A stretch of 62,378 nt of DNA, filler included, from Ionaspis alba (Eukaryota), in the NCBI GenBank assembly GCA_964255285.1. It is 22 parts of 22 records of this genome, joined end to end, with 100 filler letters (N's around TTAATTAATTAA, not from the genome) between each part and the next. Parts side by side here need not be neighbours in the genome. Positions count along the whole stretch, not along the records: positions 11,965 to 14,823 come from CAXUUL010001252.1; positions 14,924 to 17,774 come from CAXUUL010001253.1; positions 17,875 to 20,679 come from CAXUUL010001254.1; positions 20,780 to 23,575 come from CAXUUL010001255.1; positions 23,676 to 26,468 come from CAXUUL010001256.1; 17 more parts are not named here. One strand, 5' to 3'. The position numbers and the translations under genes were made by a program. The notes under the pieces were generated by a model. The model was not told where the DNA came from, ran no database searches, and saw only the letters and a program-made list of their open reading frames with translations. This document shows positions 12,360 through 24,771 of the stretch, in pieces. How positions within the stretch are numbered: position 1 is the stretch's first letter; each line of letters starts with the position of its first letter.

Positions 12360-14823
12360 TTATGTAGTCGGCCTAACAGTCCATGTCTGAGCCTCGAAGT
12401 TGAGCAAAGTGCCTTGCAATCTCCAGGGGTCAACATAGACACGCATGTCAATGTCGGATGATATGAGATTGAAGACGCGCATAATGAGATAGATCTGTGT
12501 TGGACGCCCGTCCTCCTTGATTTGAAGGTTCTTCATCTAGGGGACCAGTATCAGCCAAGGCGTTAGATATTTCAATGGGCTTGGACTTACCCGGTTATAC
12601 TGCCACTTGCTCATGAAAAATCGGGTATCACAGCCCAGAGTGGTCGTTTTGACCTCAATGAAATACTCGATAGGCTGGAAACTCTCCCGATTACTGCGTT
12701 GCAGCGTGGAGAAGCCACCAAAACAAGTGGTCCGCAGATACTCGGTGAACACTCCATCCTGATCAATGTATACGAAGTCCGCTGTCTCACGGCCTGTCCA
12801 ATCTTCCAGATCTTGATATTTCGGATGCACCTGAGTCTCGCGGCGTATTGTACTCTGCCAGTTCTGGCGGCTGAATCCTTGCAGATTCAGTCTCGAGAGG
12901 GTCTCAAATACCTAGGAAAGGAGCGTTAGTTGGTCGACGTCTTTTTCCACATTCTGATGGTGCATACGTAGAGTTCGCCAGCAGCGCCAATCTTCTGGTC
13001 ATGGGCCATTTGATCCCTGTCCCGTTCACCAAACGTTGCGTCCCTATCGAAGTTCTTGCCATGCTCGCCGTTCTCTGGAAGCGATTCTCGAATCTCTGAT
13101 AAATTCCACAACCCAACTCTATCTTCATGGTTTGGCCTGTTAACGCGAGTAATGATGTGCTCAAGCAGATCGCTGTATCGATTTGTCGTTGCCGGAGTCC
13201 CAATCCCATTGGCAGTTCGCCACCTAGGCGGACTCGGATCGCCAACGGAGCCCGGGGTTCCGGAAGTGCTTCCATGTTCAGGTCGTGAAGAGGCTTCTTC
13301 TCTTGGTGGCTTGGTAATCCACGGCACAGGAGAGATATCTTGCTCCTGCATTAAAGCATCAAGCGTCTCAATCTTATTACTAAGTATCAAAGAGATTGGA
13401 AAGGCTCCTCCCTCGGAGCTGATGCCCAGTATTTCGGCCAAGAGTTTTGGTAGCTGGGAACGATAGCATGTCTGTTGTTGAACATGGTCATTCGGGACAT
13501 AGAGTTTTAGCTGACCGTCTAGGATCTCAGAGTGAAGATACACCCTGTCGCTATTTACCGTGACCCGCCTATGCTTTAGGTTGAGAACCAGACTGGTCGA
13601 AATGCTGTCTGTCGTGTAAAGTTTCAACTTAGATAATTGTTGAAACAGATCTGTGTTCCCACGCAGAGCTTTTGTACTCTTGAACTTTGACGCACAGCTA
13701 CTTCAAGTTAACGTCACTTATATCTTCAAGTATGACGCGAAACAAATCATGCAAATTGTGGATACGAGGACACTGTGACAGCAATTCGATTCTTACCAAA
13801 ACAAAGCATAAGCTCTTGCTCTCAGTCTCTGACTGAGTGCTCGGTCTTCCAACGCTGCTTCGTTAACAACTGATGCTTCCTTGACAGCACTTGACAGATA
13901 TCGGTCAACCAGACCCAAATGGCGGAAGAGAGAGTCTAGGATTTGCGACTCATCCAGGGATAAATCCAGTACTGGCAGATGCCCTTGAAACGCTGTTTCG
14001 AAGCGAGCATGATCTGGAATTACAAAATCATCATCGATGCCTGCGAATGCGGATGTATTGCTAAGAGCTTTGATAGACAGAAACTGCACTTTTTTGAGGC
14101 CTTCCAGAGCTTTCGACAGCTTGTCATCGACTCCATTCCTCGCTACCGTCGTTCCAATGTCGATAAGCATTTGTCGCATTTTTCCGACAGGAGGGTGCTG
14201 CTTTTTGGCCAGACTTGTCAATTCTCTCACTAGCATACTTACGCTGGCGGTCTTGACGTGCAGCTCCTTCACGAAGAACCGCTCAAGATCAGGGTACAAG
14301 GTGCCGATAACTTTGAACTCAGAGATTGAGAATGGACTCGCCCAGAGACAGGACGATGACGCGAACCACTTTCCACCGGCGAGAACAAGTCCTGGCTCAT
14401 CGAATTTCCGCCTGCATTTGTTAGTATTCTCCAAATAGAAACCAGCTAGTTTACACACCTAACCAGCTCCCAATCTGTATCTGACTGGACAGTTGCGTCC
14501 AGGTATCGATAGATCTCAACAGCTTTGCTGGACTTGGCATCGGTCGAGAGGCTTGTCTCGTTTTTTACCATTTCCAGCTCATCGAGTGCGTCTTCGATAA
14601 CAGCATTGCGGACTCCTAGAAACACGGGGAAAAAAGTGGCAAGATTTGGTTCAGTACCATAATGCATCTCAAGCGGCTCCACAATTGTGAGGAAACTGGG
14701 TGCCTGCCAAACACATTCGTCTGGTTCTTTCCATATGCCAGTTCTGCCTTTTCGAGGACAGTATACGGCGTCGTTCATTGAGAAAAATTCCCTTTGCAGT
14801 TGTCAGGTCATTGTCTCGAAAAC
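12360..14823 (-). CDS. C-terminal part of a large protein ending in a DUF3883/NO VEIN-C PD-(D/E)xK nuclease-like domain (sacsin/NOV-like), 5'-truncated
   Basis: Four introns (14412-14458 with TACTAAC, 13698-13796, 12912-12967, 12537-12590) join five exons in frame to TAA 12362-12360. Motifs: KIGAAGELYVFE, NWQSTIR, ETADFVY, YFIEVKTT..CDTRFFMSKWQY, YLIMRVFNL, YVDP. Confidence 0.75.
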
Positions 14824-15117
14824 NNNNNNNNNNNNNNNNNNNNNNNNNNNNNNNNNNNNNNNNNNNNTTAATTAATTAANNNNNNNNNNNNNNNNNNNNN
14901 NNNNNNNNNNNNNNNNNNNNNNNCCTCTTCCACTTCATATTTCTCTACAGTTCTTTTGACGACCGATCGTCCACCAGCCAGCCAATTGGAGCGAAGAAAA
15001 ATATCTCTGTGGCGCATTCGCGCTCAACGGTCTTTCCGCCAATTCAAGACTCTCTGCCGGACAGCACGAGTCCCTTCTTGACATCGCGACACCAAATCCA
15101 GTAATACAACTTTCACA

Positions 15118-16896
15118 ATGGCTCACCACGGTGAAGCCGACTCCTACTATGCGGGAGGAGGACCGCCACCGCAACAGAAGCAACAATATCCCATGCAAAA
15201 TTACGGCAACGACAATCAACTCAACTACCAAGGTGGATATCCACAGAACGGTCAACAGCAGTATTCGCAGCCTCCGCCAAACTATGGCCCCGGTCCAGGT
15301 CCTGGACCAAAGTTTGGTGGTGATGGTGCAGCCGATGGAAAACAGACTTTCGAGCAGACTTTCAAGCTCGAGAAACCAAAGTACAATGATCTATGGGCTG
15401 GTATACTGGTACGCTCACTCCCAACAACATTCCCAATCGACCGCAATGCTAATGTACGCAATGCACTCCACAGCTCATCGCAACCTTCCTCGGTTTCGTC
15501 GCTGTCTCCGGCCTCTCAATATCAGGTTACTCCTCCAACAAAGGCTACAACGGCGGCGGTATCTACGGCAATGCGCAAAACTTTGCCTTGAATACCAATA
15601 CCATCGTCCTCTTCGCTTTCGTCCTCGTCCTCGCCTTCGTCGCTTCCTGGGGCTACTTCACCCTCGCCCGCGCCTTTACTAAGCAGTTCATCTGGATCAC
15701 GGGGATCCTGAATATCGTCCTCGGTGTCGTGACCGCCATATACTACTTCACGCGCCACTACTACTCCGCCGCGATCGTCTTCGCCATCTTCAGTATCTTC
15801 AGCATCATCTGCTTCATCAGCTGGTATGCCTCCTTTTCTCCTCTACCACCCTTCCCCACCATTCTTGCCCTGCATCTGCTGACCCACTTCTCCTAGGATC
15901 CCCCGCATCCCCTTCAGCGTCCTCATGCTGCAAACAACCATGGACGTAGCCAAACACCACGGCCACGTCTTCACCGTCAGCGCACTCGGCGGCCTCGCCG
16001 CCTTCGCCTTCGGCGCCTGGTACTCCATCACCCTCGTCGCCATCTACGTGAAATACAGTCCCAACAACCGGGGCACCAACCCCGCTTGCGCCACCAGCGG
16101 TGGATGCTCCTCGGCAAAAGTCATCGGCCTCATCGTCTTTATCACCTTCGCCGGTTACTGGATCACCGAATGGATCAAAAATACCCTGCATAGCACGGTC
16201 GCGGGCGTGTACGGCAGTTGGTTCTTCTGCGCTGGTAAGCCGGGTGGAATGCCGAAGGGCGCCACGAGAGGTGCTTTCAAGCGCGCCATGACCTACTCCT
16301 TCGGCAGCATCAGCTTCGGCTCCCTCGTCGTCGCCATCATCAACATGATCCGCCAGGCTTGCAGCATCGCCCAGCAGAACGAAGCTGCTGGGGGAAATGG
16401 CGTTGCCGCTTGCGCCTTCTGTGTTCTCGGCTGTCTGATCGGTATTATCGATTGGGCCGTGCAATTCATCAACCGTTATGCCTTTTCCCATATTGCGCTT
16501 TACGGGAAGGCGTATATTCCTGCGGCGAAGGATACGTGGACTATGATGAAGAATCGGGGTATTGATGCTTTGGTCAATGATTGCCTGATTGGACCTGTTC
16601 TGACTATGGGCTCGACTTTTGTTGCTTATTTGACGGCTTTCCTCGCTTTCCTGTATCTCGAGTTCACGAAGCCCGAGTATAATAGCTCGGGCTCTTACAC
16701 CGTCCCGGTTGTGGCGTTCTCGTTCTTAATCGGCTTGCAGGTGTGCCAGATTTTCATGACGCCGATTGGTAGTGGGGTGGATACTTTCTTTGTGGCGGCG
16801 GCATGGGATCCAGAGGTGCTGGTGAGGGATCATCCGGATTTGTATGCTAGGATGATTGCGGTCTATCCCAAGGTGCAGCAGAGTATTCATGCTTGA
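15118..16896 (+). CDS. PNS1: Pns1 choline-transporter-like (CTL/SLC44 family) membrane protein
   Basis: Complete gene with introns 15409-15473 and 15824-15896. Motifs KPKYNDLWAG, WIPRIPFS, TYSFGSISFGSL, FINRYAFSHIALYGKAY; multiple TM helices. Confidence 0.95.
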
Positions 16897-18350
16897 GTTC
16901 GGGGAGATTCTGGGTTTTGGGGGAGCCGGAACGCGGGTAATGGGGTGGAGGGGGTATGTCTATAGAAAAGGGAAAGGAATAGGCTGACGGTTTTTGTTTC
17001 GGGGAGGATGCCATGGTTTCTTTTTCTCATTCTTTTCTTTGAGCGTTGCAATGGTCGGGAATAAGATACCTACTTGAGCTGGATGAGGCTCATCAAGCAC
17101 ATTACGTTAACGAATTAACAAAACTTCGTTCTGTTTCATTTTACTATTAATTCATCCATGCGAACCACCACTGGGACATCGAACTGTGTAGATCCTGGAG
17201 TGCTCACCATTTCACCCTCAATTTGTGACGTGGACTATACATTGGTTCTGACTGATATCGGAACTTCGTGAATTACCCTGTCTAGAAGAAGAGAGCGACG
17301 CGACTTGCCCAATGATCATTGTGTTTCGCAAGGGAGGTCCTAGACGATAGTGATGGCCTTTCAGTAACGCCCTCCTCCAAATGGAAGTAATGTTGTTTGA
17401 GGAGTAGATGGATGATGAGGCAGTTGCCAGCTTTGGAAAAGCTTGAATCAGCGCGGCTTGTTCTTGCAAGGGTGATCGAGCAATTGCAACAAGTTGAACT
17501 TGTGGAAGCAGAAGAACAAATAAGGCGATGGGTACGTAAAGGTTGATGTTGTCTCTAGGCAGGAGCTTCCCAGCTGTTGGCGTAGCAGTCGGCTTCCTGA
17601 GTCCGGTTGAGAGAGTCGGGAGTGATATTGTCTGAACTCGGCTTGGTGAGCGGGGGTTTACTGATTTTGATCGATGTTGAATCAATTAGAGAGTGAGCTC
17701 CTTTCCTCAGCTGGAGATTTAGAAAGAAAACCAGTTGATAGAATGAGCACAGCTTCGAGGTTAGTGCCTGTTGANNNNNNNNNNNNNNNNNNNNNNNNNN
17801 NNNNNNNNNNNNNNNNNNTTAATTAATTAANNNNNNNNNNNNNNNNNNNNNNNNNNNNNNNNNNNNNNNNNNNNCGAATGAGAAGAGACCGTAATTCTGT
17901 GAGGCTAATCAGGTGAAAGGGACGTTTGGGTATAGGGCAGGCTTTGGGAAGAAGCCATTTTAGGAGACCAGGAAGGTCTTAGAAAGATGTAGATCAAAGT
18001 AGACCAGCATCAACGGCTGTTTCCCACTTCCGATGCCTTCGAAAATTAATCGGAAGGCTCAATAATGAAATGGCCGAAGGACTGATACCAGAGCACAGGA
18101 TTGAAGACAGCCCAAGGGGAGGCTAGATGCCAAGAAAGGATGCGTGTGAAAGCAATCTATTGGCTGCTCTCAATCCAAGACCACACTTTCGGCGAGAGCC
18201 ACATATCTTGGTTTGCAGGATCACTACACGACGAACCATTTTTGCTTTCCAATGTCGCTCAGATTAGAGTCAGCAGTTCGCGGCCTTCGGTTATATGATC
18301 TGGTTGTTCTTCATACACAAGTATTGGTATTCAATATCAACTATCCAGTC

Positions 18351-20233
18351 CTATTGCTTCCTTAGGGACACTCTGCACGGAAACCCGTCAGCCGGGTGAG
18401 CTCCACCCGACGAAACCATATACGCCCTCTCCCCAGCCACAGTCTTGATCCCTTCCCTCGGATGGAGCTCATCCCACTCCTCGTAAGCAGGATGAATATT
18501 GAACTCGCGTAGCGTCATCACAAGCACGACTCTGATATCTAGCGTGACTAACGTCTGACCAAGACAATTTCGCGGACCAAATTCGAAGGGACGCCAAGCA
18601 CCTTTGACAGGATACAAGGGATCCTCGGGGCCGACCAACCACCGTTCAGGTATGAACGAATCAGGATCTTTCCAATACTTCGGATTTCGTTGAAGGACAA
18701 TGTGGAGTATCCAGATATTAGTGCCCTCGGTGGGATAGCGAATGCCTTTAGAATCCGTAAGGTCCACTCCTGGATGGCCACCACGCAAGGCCGATGCTGG
18801 AGGGAAGAGGCGTAGGACTTCTTTCAAGACTGCTAAGGTGTACGGAAGCTGGTTGAGGAGATGAGGCTGTTCACGCATCAGAGTCGTGACCTGAGCTATA
18901 TCGGTGCCGAACACCTCGTCATGCTCTGCACGGATTCTTGCTAAAGCAGCAGGATGTTTGGACAGGAGATAGAAGCAGTAGCAAATCGCGGACGAGGTCG
19001 AATCGTGGCCTGCGAAGATAAATAGCCGAATCTGTGTGATCGCCCAAGACTTAAAGCTTCTATCCATGCTTTTCGAAGGACCTTTTGAGGCTTTGTCTGA
19101 CATATAGCTATCAAGTGCGAGATCGATGATGGAGCGGGACGGCATTTCTTCACTCCCCTCCTGCCGTTCTGCATAGCGGTTGTCAAGCTCTTTTGAGATA
19201 TAGCTGTTCATCCGCCATCCGTTGTACCATTGCACTAGCGGACGAACTGGATTCCACCTTATGAATGGGTTCAATTCATCGTTCGTACAGTGCCACGAAA
19301 TCTGACTTCGCATAGCAGATGCCAAAGGATTATAGGCCCGCTGCGAGTGGAATCGCGAGTTCCTGGTTCCTGTCAGCAACCCTCCCGTGTTACAGGTTGA
19401 GCGGTCGAAACGGTGTGACATGGTGCAAGGTACCAAGATACCATATTAGCAATCAGAAGCGACCCTCAGTAGCGAAACGATTCACTTGCCGAGCTAAGGA
19501 ACAAGTAGAACCAGGAGCAAACTCACAGAGTCACAGCACCAATGATGTCCATGGTGAACCATAACGTCATTTCATCCAAAGAGAATAGATCTCCTTTGCG
19601 GGTGTGTTCCCTTAGTATACTAACGTAGACCTCTGCTTCCTCAATAATGTGTGAGACATGTCCCAGAAGATAATTTGCATTGAATCCAGGGGCAAATAGA
19701 GCATGTGAACGCTTCCACTCAGGGCCGTTCATCGTGAACAGATTGTCTCCACCGGCAAATGGATGGAAGAATGGATATAACACTTCCGGTTTGGAAAGAT
19801 CATACTGTTGGCATGCTTGAATGGCTGGAGAAGGCGATGAAACCACCAGAAATGGACAACTGAATGGCCACAGATCGATGTAGAACATTGAGTCCGATGC
19901 GTCAAATTGCTTGGAAAGTTCTCCGAAGGTATATGGCTGCATGGAATTTTTCGGGAATAGCTTGAGGAGACGAGGAAGGCAGAGCAGGTGGCCAAATATT
20001 GGATTCCAAGGCGGCATGGGCTACGCAGTCATAAGATTCACGTCTTGGAAGAGAACAGAGACATATAGGTTTCAATGAAGGTAGGGTCTTCATACCATGC
20101 CCAGCTTACGAAGCTTATAAAATGGACGTCGTGCATGATATCCTTTGATCAAAAAGTACAGTAGACCGCTAGTATATGCAACAAAAAAGAGAGCCAGCAG
20201 CTGGCCGGAACCGAGTGCGAAAATGATGTTCAT
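18351..20233 (-). CDS. Cytochrome P450 monooxygenase, StcS/VerA(AflN)-like
   Basis: Complete: ATG 20233, introns 20021-20095 and 19363-19526. N-terminal TM and proline hinge PMPPWNP, I-helix FAGHDSTS, ExxR (KEVLR), PERW, heme motif FEFGPRNCLG, C-terminal PADGFPCRV. Confidence 0.92.
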
Positions 20234-20779
20234 GGTGGAGAAAAGGCAGTAGGACTGGCAGAAGCACCAGCTGCCACTTCAGAAGAACTGGGAGGAACGC
20301 AAGACATGTTTTATAGCAGGATTGAGAGATGATTTTCTAAGGAACTCTTAGCTGTCATTACGCCGCAGTCTTAACGGAAGAAGGAATATCTAATTGGAGG
20401 GATTGACGGCGCCCAAGCAAGCCACCAACCCAGCTCCCAAATCGCGTAAAAGTAAGCGCATGTCGGGATTACTTTGTGCCGCGATTTTGCAAGGAGTCTC
20501 ATACAAAAACAAACAAGCTCAAGAAGTGACCGACACAAAATCAGGTGAAGAGAGATCAGGAGCAATCACTCTCTCGAAGACTCGAGTATTAGGTTCTTCG
20601 CGGAAAACTTCCTCGACTGCAATCCATCCAAAAATAGGGCTCAGCCTTAACACGCGGAAATCGCGTTCGCTAGCCAGATNNNNNNNNNNNNNNNNNNNNN
20701 NNNNNNNNNNNNNNNNNNNNNNNTTAATTAATTAANNNNNNNNNNNNNNNNNNNNNNNNNNNNNNNNNNNNNNNNNNNN

Positions 20780-21935
20780 GGGTTGAGGTGGGGAAGGGGT
20801 GTGTCGTTGAGGTTGTTGTTGCTGATGTTGATGCTGTTGATGTTGCTGGTGCTGCTGGTTTTGCTGGTGCTGTTGATGCTGGTTCTGCTGATGTTGTTGA
20901 TGCTGCTGCTGCTGCTGTTGTTGCTGTTGAGCACGCTCGTGTTGTGGAAACGCAGGTGGCACTGACTGCCGTCTTTGATCTTGCATGTATGTCTGTTGCA
21001 TTTGCGCGGGTGGAGCCGGTTGTTGAGGGTATTGATACTGGGAATGCTGATTGGGCTGCTGTCCGGGATGTTGTGCGCCTTGCATACCCTGAGGATTGTA
21101 CATTGATGGATTTTGGACATATGCGAAGCCATTGGGAGCAGTTGGCGCGAGGCTCACATGCTGCTGCTGCTGCTGTTGATGATGAGGTGCGAGATTTGAA
21201 CTTGGTCTTCGAATATTGTTTCTAGATGATGGACGTGATCCGATCTGCGGCTGCGGAGTATGCTGACGATTATGGAATGGTATGACCCCATTTGCCATAG
21301 GTGGAGATGCTGATGGTCCTTGACTCATGTGTCTGTATGGTTGATTTTGGAGATGGGAAGGTATGTTATGCTCGGTAGGTATCTGATCTTCTTGAGTCGC
21401 TGTCTCATCCACATCTTCATCGTCATCATCGTCCACGTTACCCTTTCCACAGAAGTCTGCCGGTCCTTTGTGCTCATGAGGTTCACCATACTAGCAAAGA
21501 TATCAGTCTCGGGATCGAAGCCGGTGCGCGAGGAAGCACAGGTAACGACTTACATAATTGGCACGTTGTATCGTTTCAGTAATGTTGCCGGAAGAAAATT
21601 GGTAAAGCTTTTTATTGTGACCGAAAATGATGACCGCGACATCGACCGAGCAAAGGACTGAAAGCTCATATGCCTTCTTGAATAGACCGCCCTTGCGCTT
21701 CAAAAAGGTTCTGTATATCCGTGACCGTTAGCAATGTCTTCATGCACACTGAAATTAGGAAGAGCGCGCGTCGAGCCATTGCTGGCATCCTTGACTCTCC
21801 TTCGATCCAGGAGCAAAAACGATTCCAGTTTCTTGAGACAATGGTAGAGGTAGGTTAATTATCGCGAAGGAGGTCTTACACTGAGCGATTCCTATCGTCC
21901 TTGATAGCCTTGATCTCAATCTTGCGTCTACCCAT
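20780..21935 (-). CDS. RLM1: MEF2-type MADS-box transcription factor (RlmA/Rlm1), 3'-truncated
   Basis: [48 protein letters not shown]...|[10 protein letters not shown] with introns 21711-21879 and 21491-21553, followed by a Q/P-rich region. Confidence 0.92.
20810..20930 (-). repeat. Coding CAG/CAA/CAT trinucleotide repeat (poly-Q/H tract) in RlmA
   Basis: Encodes [40 protein letters not shown] close to the contig break. Confidence 0.9.
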
Positions 21936-24771
21936 AATTGCGACGACCGAACAAGAACAAATGAAAAAAACGTCGAGGAAAGTCGAGCTTCGAACTACTC
22001 GAACCCTAATCAGCAAAGCCAAACCATTTAATGACCATTGAGAGCCAAACGAGTGTAACACTTACCAAGTCTCTCTTGAAAGTCTGGTCGAGTCGCGATC
22101 GAGTACCGTCGCGTTTGTCTTTATACGGAACCCTTTCACGAAGAGGGAGACGACCCCAACCTCTTAGATGTCAGGTCCCGTTGGACGCAAGGAAAGCCAA
22201 TCTAGCCTGTCAACACACAGTCCAAGGTCCGATGAGGTCGCGGACGTGGGTTGGCGTGCAGAGATGCAAGCCTGTGGTGGTCCTGGGTGTTCCTAATAAT
22301 AGCAAGATCGCAGAAAGTGGGTGAACCGATGGCTGGGGGGGAAAAGTTTGGCTTCCCTCTCCTCTGGGATTCTCCTTCTTTGCTTCTGACAAAGGCAGTC
22401 TAGACGGGAATGGGTCAAGCGTGAAACAGATTCTAAGAACTAATTACCGCTTCAGGTCTGGCTTGTCCACTTTAGCTCCAGATAATTGTAAAAATAGATC
22501 CCGACATGGTACATTTAACGTCCTTTCTGCTGTGGCATAATCTCGCTTCCAACACTGGTGCTCATGTCAACGCTACCAACCGTCTCTCCTCCCTACTGAG
22601 CCGCATCGCTCTCGGTGCGGCTACTTGCCGGTTGGAGCAGGAGGATGTCGTTGTTGTTTCACGGATGAGGTCAGATTCCCAGTCAAGCTGGCCGTATCTG
22701 GATATGGAATTCGGATTTGGAAGGCTGTGTGAAACCTGACTCGACGCTTCTGTCGACAGCGAGCCTCTTTGGGCAATCCACAGGATTTCCACCGTTGCTT
22801 CGAGGGATTGGCCATTGTTGGTGATCTATGCACTACTGACAGCTCTCCAATGGCACCTCCCCGAGATCAACACTCAGTTCCAGACGGCTGGAAGGAGCTA
22901 ACAATTCTATCCTCCTAGTGCAAACAAAAATATGACGACAACAGCTGTCTGATCATTGCTGATCGTCCCCACGCAGGATAAACCCGTGCAGTTACCAGCA
23001 ACCGCTTGACCATCGTAGCCACTCCCTCATTCCATTAAGAACTATTCTCGTGCTTCCCTGCGACCCAGCCGACAGGCGACAAGGTGACAATGCAGACTTC
23101 TTGAAACCCCACCGACCACCCGCTCCAGGCCTCCTCTATGCGACCCGGGCGTCTAAAGATTAAAGGATTCAAACCAAAAAAGCGTGGGATGCGGCTCCCC
23201 ACAGGACCCTTGAAGCGAAAGGCGGCGGATCGGAACAAATCGATTCTATTCATAGCGCCCACGTTCCTGTCTCGTTGCCCCTCCTCCCCTCCAAGAAGAA
23301 AACGTGCCACATTGCTACACACACATTGACGTTATCTGCCTGGGCTTTCAGGTTCCTCGAATGAGAAACATGCACCCAACACTCGGAGCATGACCCGACT
23401 TGCTCTTGACCCTCATGCTCTACTCACGTTTTTCCTTTTCAAATCCTGCATGATGACCTCGGAAGGGCTGCTTGCCGCGCTACACAGAGCACCAGAATAG
23501 CAAAAGTCTCGTGAACAACGAATCTCTCAGACATTCTTCTTCTCAGCTCCAGTCTGAGCATTACGCGTCCCTCACNNNNNNNNNNNNNNNNNNNNNNNNN
23601 NNNNNNNNNNNNNNNNNNNTTAATTAATTAANNNNNNNNNNNNNNNNNNNNNNNNNNNNNNNNNNNNNNNNNNNNTTTCTAGGAGAATTTGAGTTGATGT
23701 CGAGTAGAGTTCATCCTTCAAACGCGACCATTCCTGTTCCTGTCAACTCAACCAACTTAAAGTTGACTTAGCGCCCTCCACACTCCCCTTTCCGGACGAT
23801 CTCACGATCCCGCGATCCCTTTACCTTTCGTCTCAGCAACAGCCATTTCGCCCCTGAAGGTTTGACTTGAGTCCTCTGTGTTCCCCCTGCACCTCCCTTG
23901 TGATCATACATGCCGGGTCTGCAACGCTACTGCCGAGCCGTTGACCACGTCTCTCTTCCTCTCTACCGGTCCAGTGAACTGACTATCCCGTGTGTCGACA
24001 AGCGCTTTCATCTCAACATCCACGAATAGACATGATGGTCCGTGCACCACTCCATCAACCAATGGGCAGAAGGCCGAGGTCATCTCCGTGACGACTTCTC
24101 CCATGCCTGTGGGCTATCACGCTTCGTCAACAAGCTCGAGGTTGACTGACCCCTTTAGCAGATGCTTGTGCATCGGACAGGCATGTTTCGTGTGGAGAAG
24201 GGATGAGCTTCTATCCCGACCATTGGTCGACCTGGTTGTCGATCTCGTTCGAGACCGAAGCCTCTCGTTCGTTAGAAGCTCTGAGTGCGAGCGAGCTTGG
24301 TCTCGCAAGAGAGGGGGCCGAATGGGCCTGTCATGTCATATCGCTGTAGTCGCCGTCGTCGTCGCTGCACTTCGTAGATACCTGCACTCCACGCTCTTTG
24401 ATTGTTGCTCTTGCGCTGTCGCTCCCTTTGTGTTTTGTGAACACGTCCTATCGCTCTCTCCCGCGCCTTAAGTCAATATACTCTTTGCTAATTGCGGCTT
24501 GCCATCTATTGAGACTATCGTTGTGCTTGAATTGTGAATACTTATATTATACCCTAATCCTAATACTTAATCACACCGGGCTCTTCGGCTACTTCTGGCT
24601 CTATCGCCGTGTCTCACTGAGCCTCGAGGAGACGATCCCGCTTCATTCGAAACAATCAGCCTCCATATGCTACGACAATAACCAGCAAATACCTACAGTC
24701 GGCGGGTACTCAATTCCCAAAGCTGCGCAGATTCAAGCACACGTCTGGGTCATCATAGAAAAGTGACCACC

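Noticed and set aside
17218..17685. 155-aa minus-strand ORF after PNS1 (and similar ORFs at 48600-49041 and 59386-59619)
   Set aside because: Non-ATG starts, no recognisable motifs and no consistent splice model, so they cannot be supported as genes.
19363..19526. Other longer introns (P450 intron 2, RlmA intron 21711-21879) as snoRNA hosts
   Set aside because: No paired C/D boxes with rRNA-complementary guides or clear H/ACA layout found by eye.
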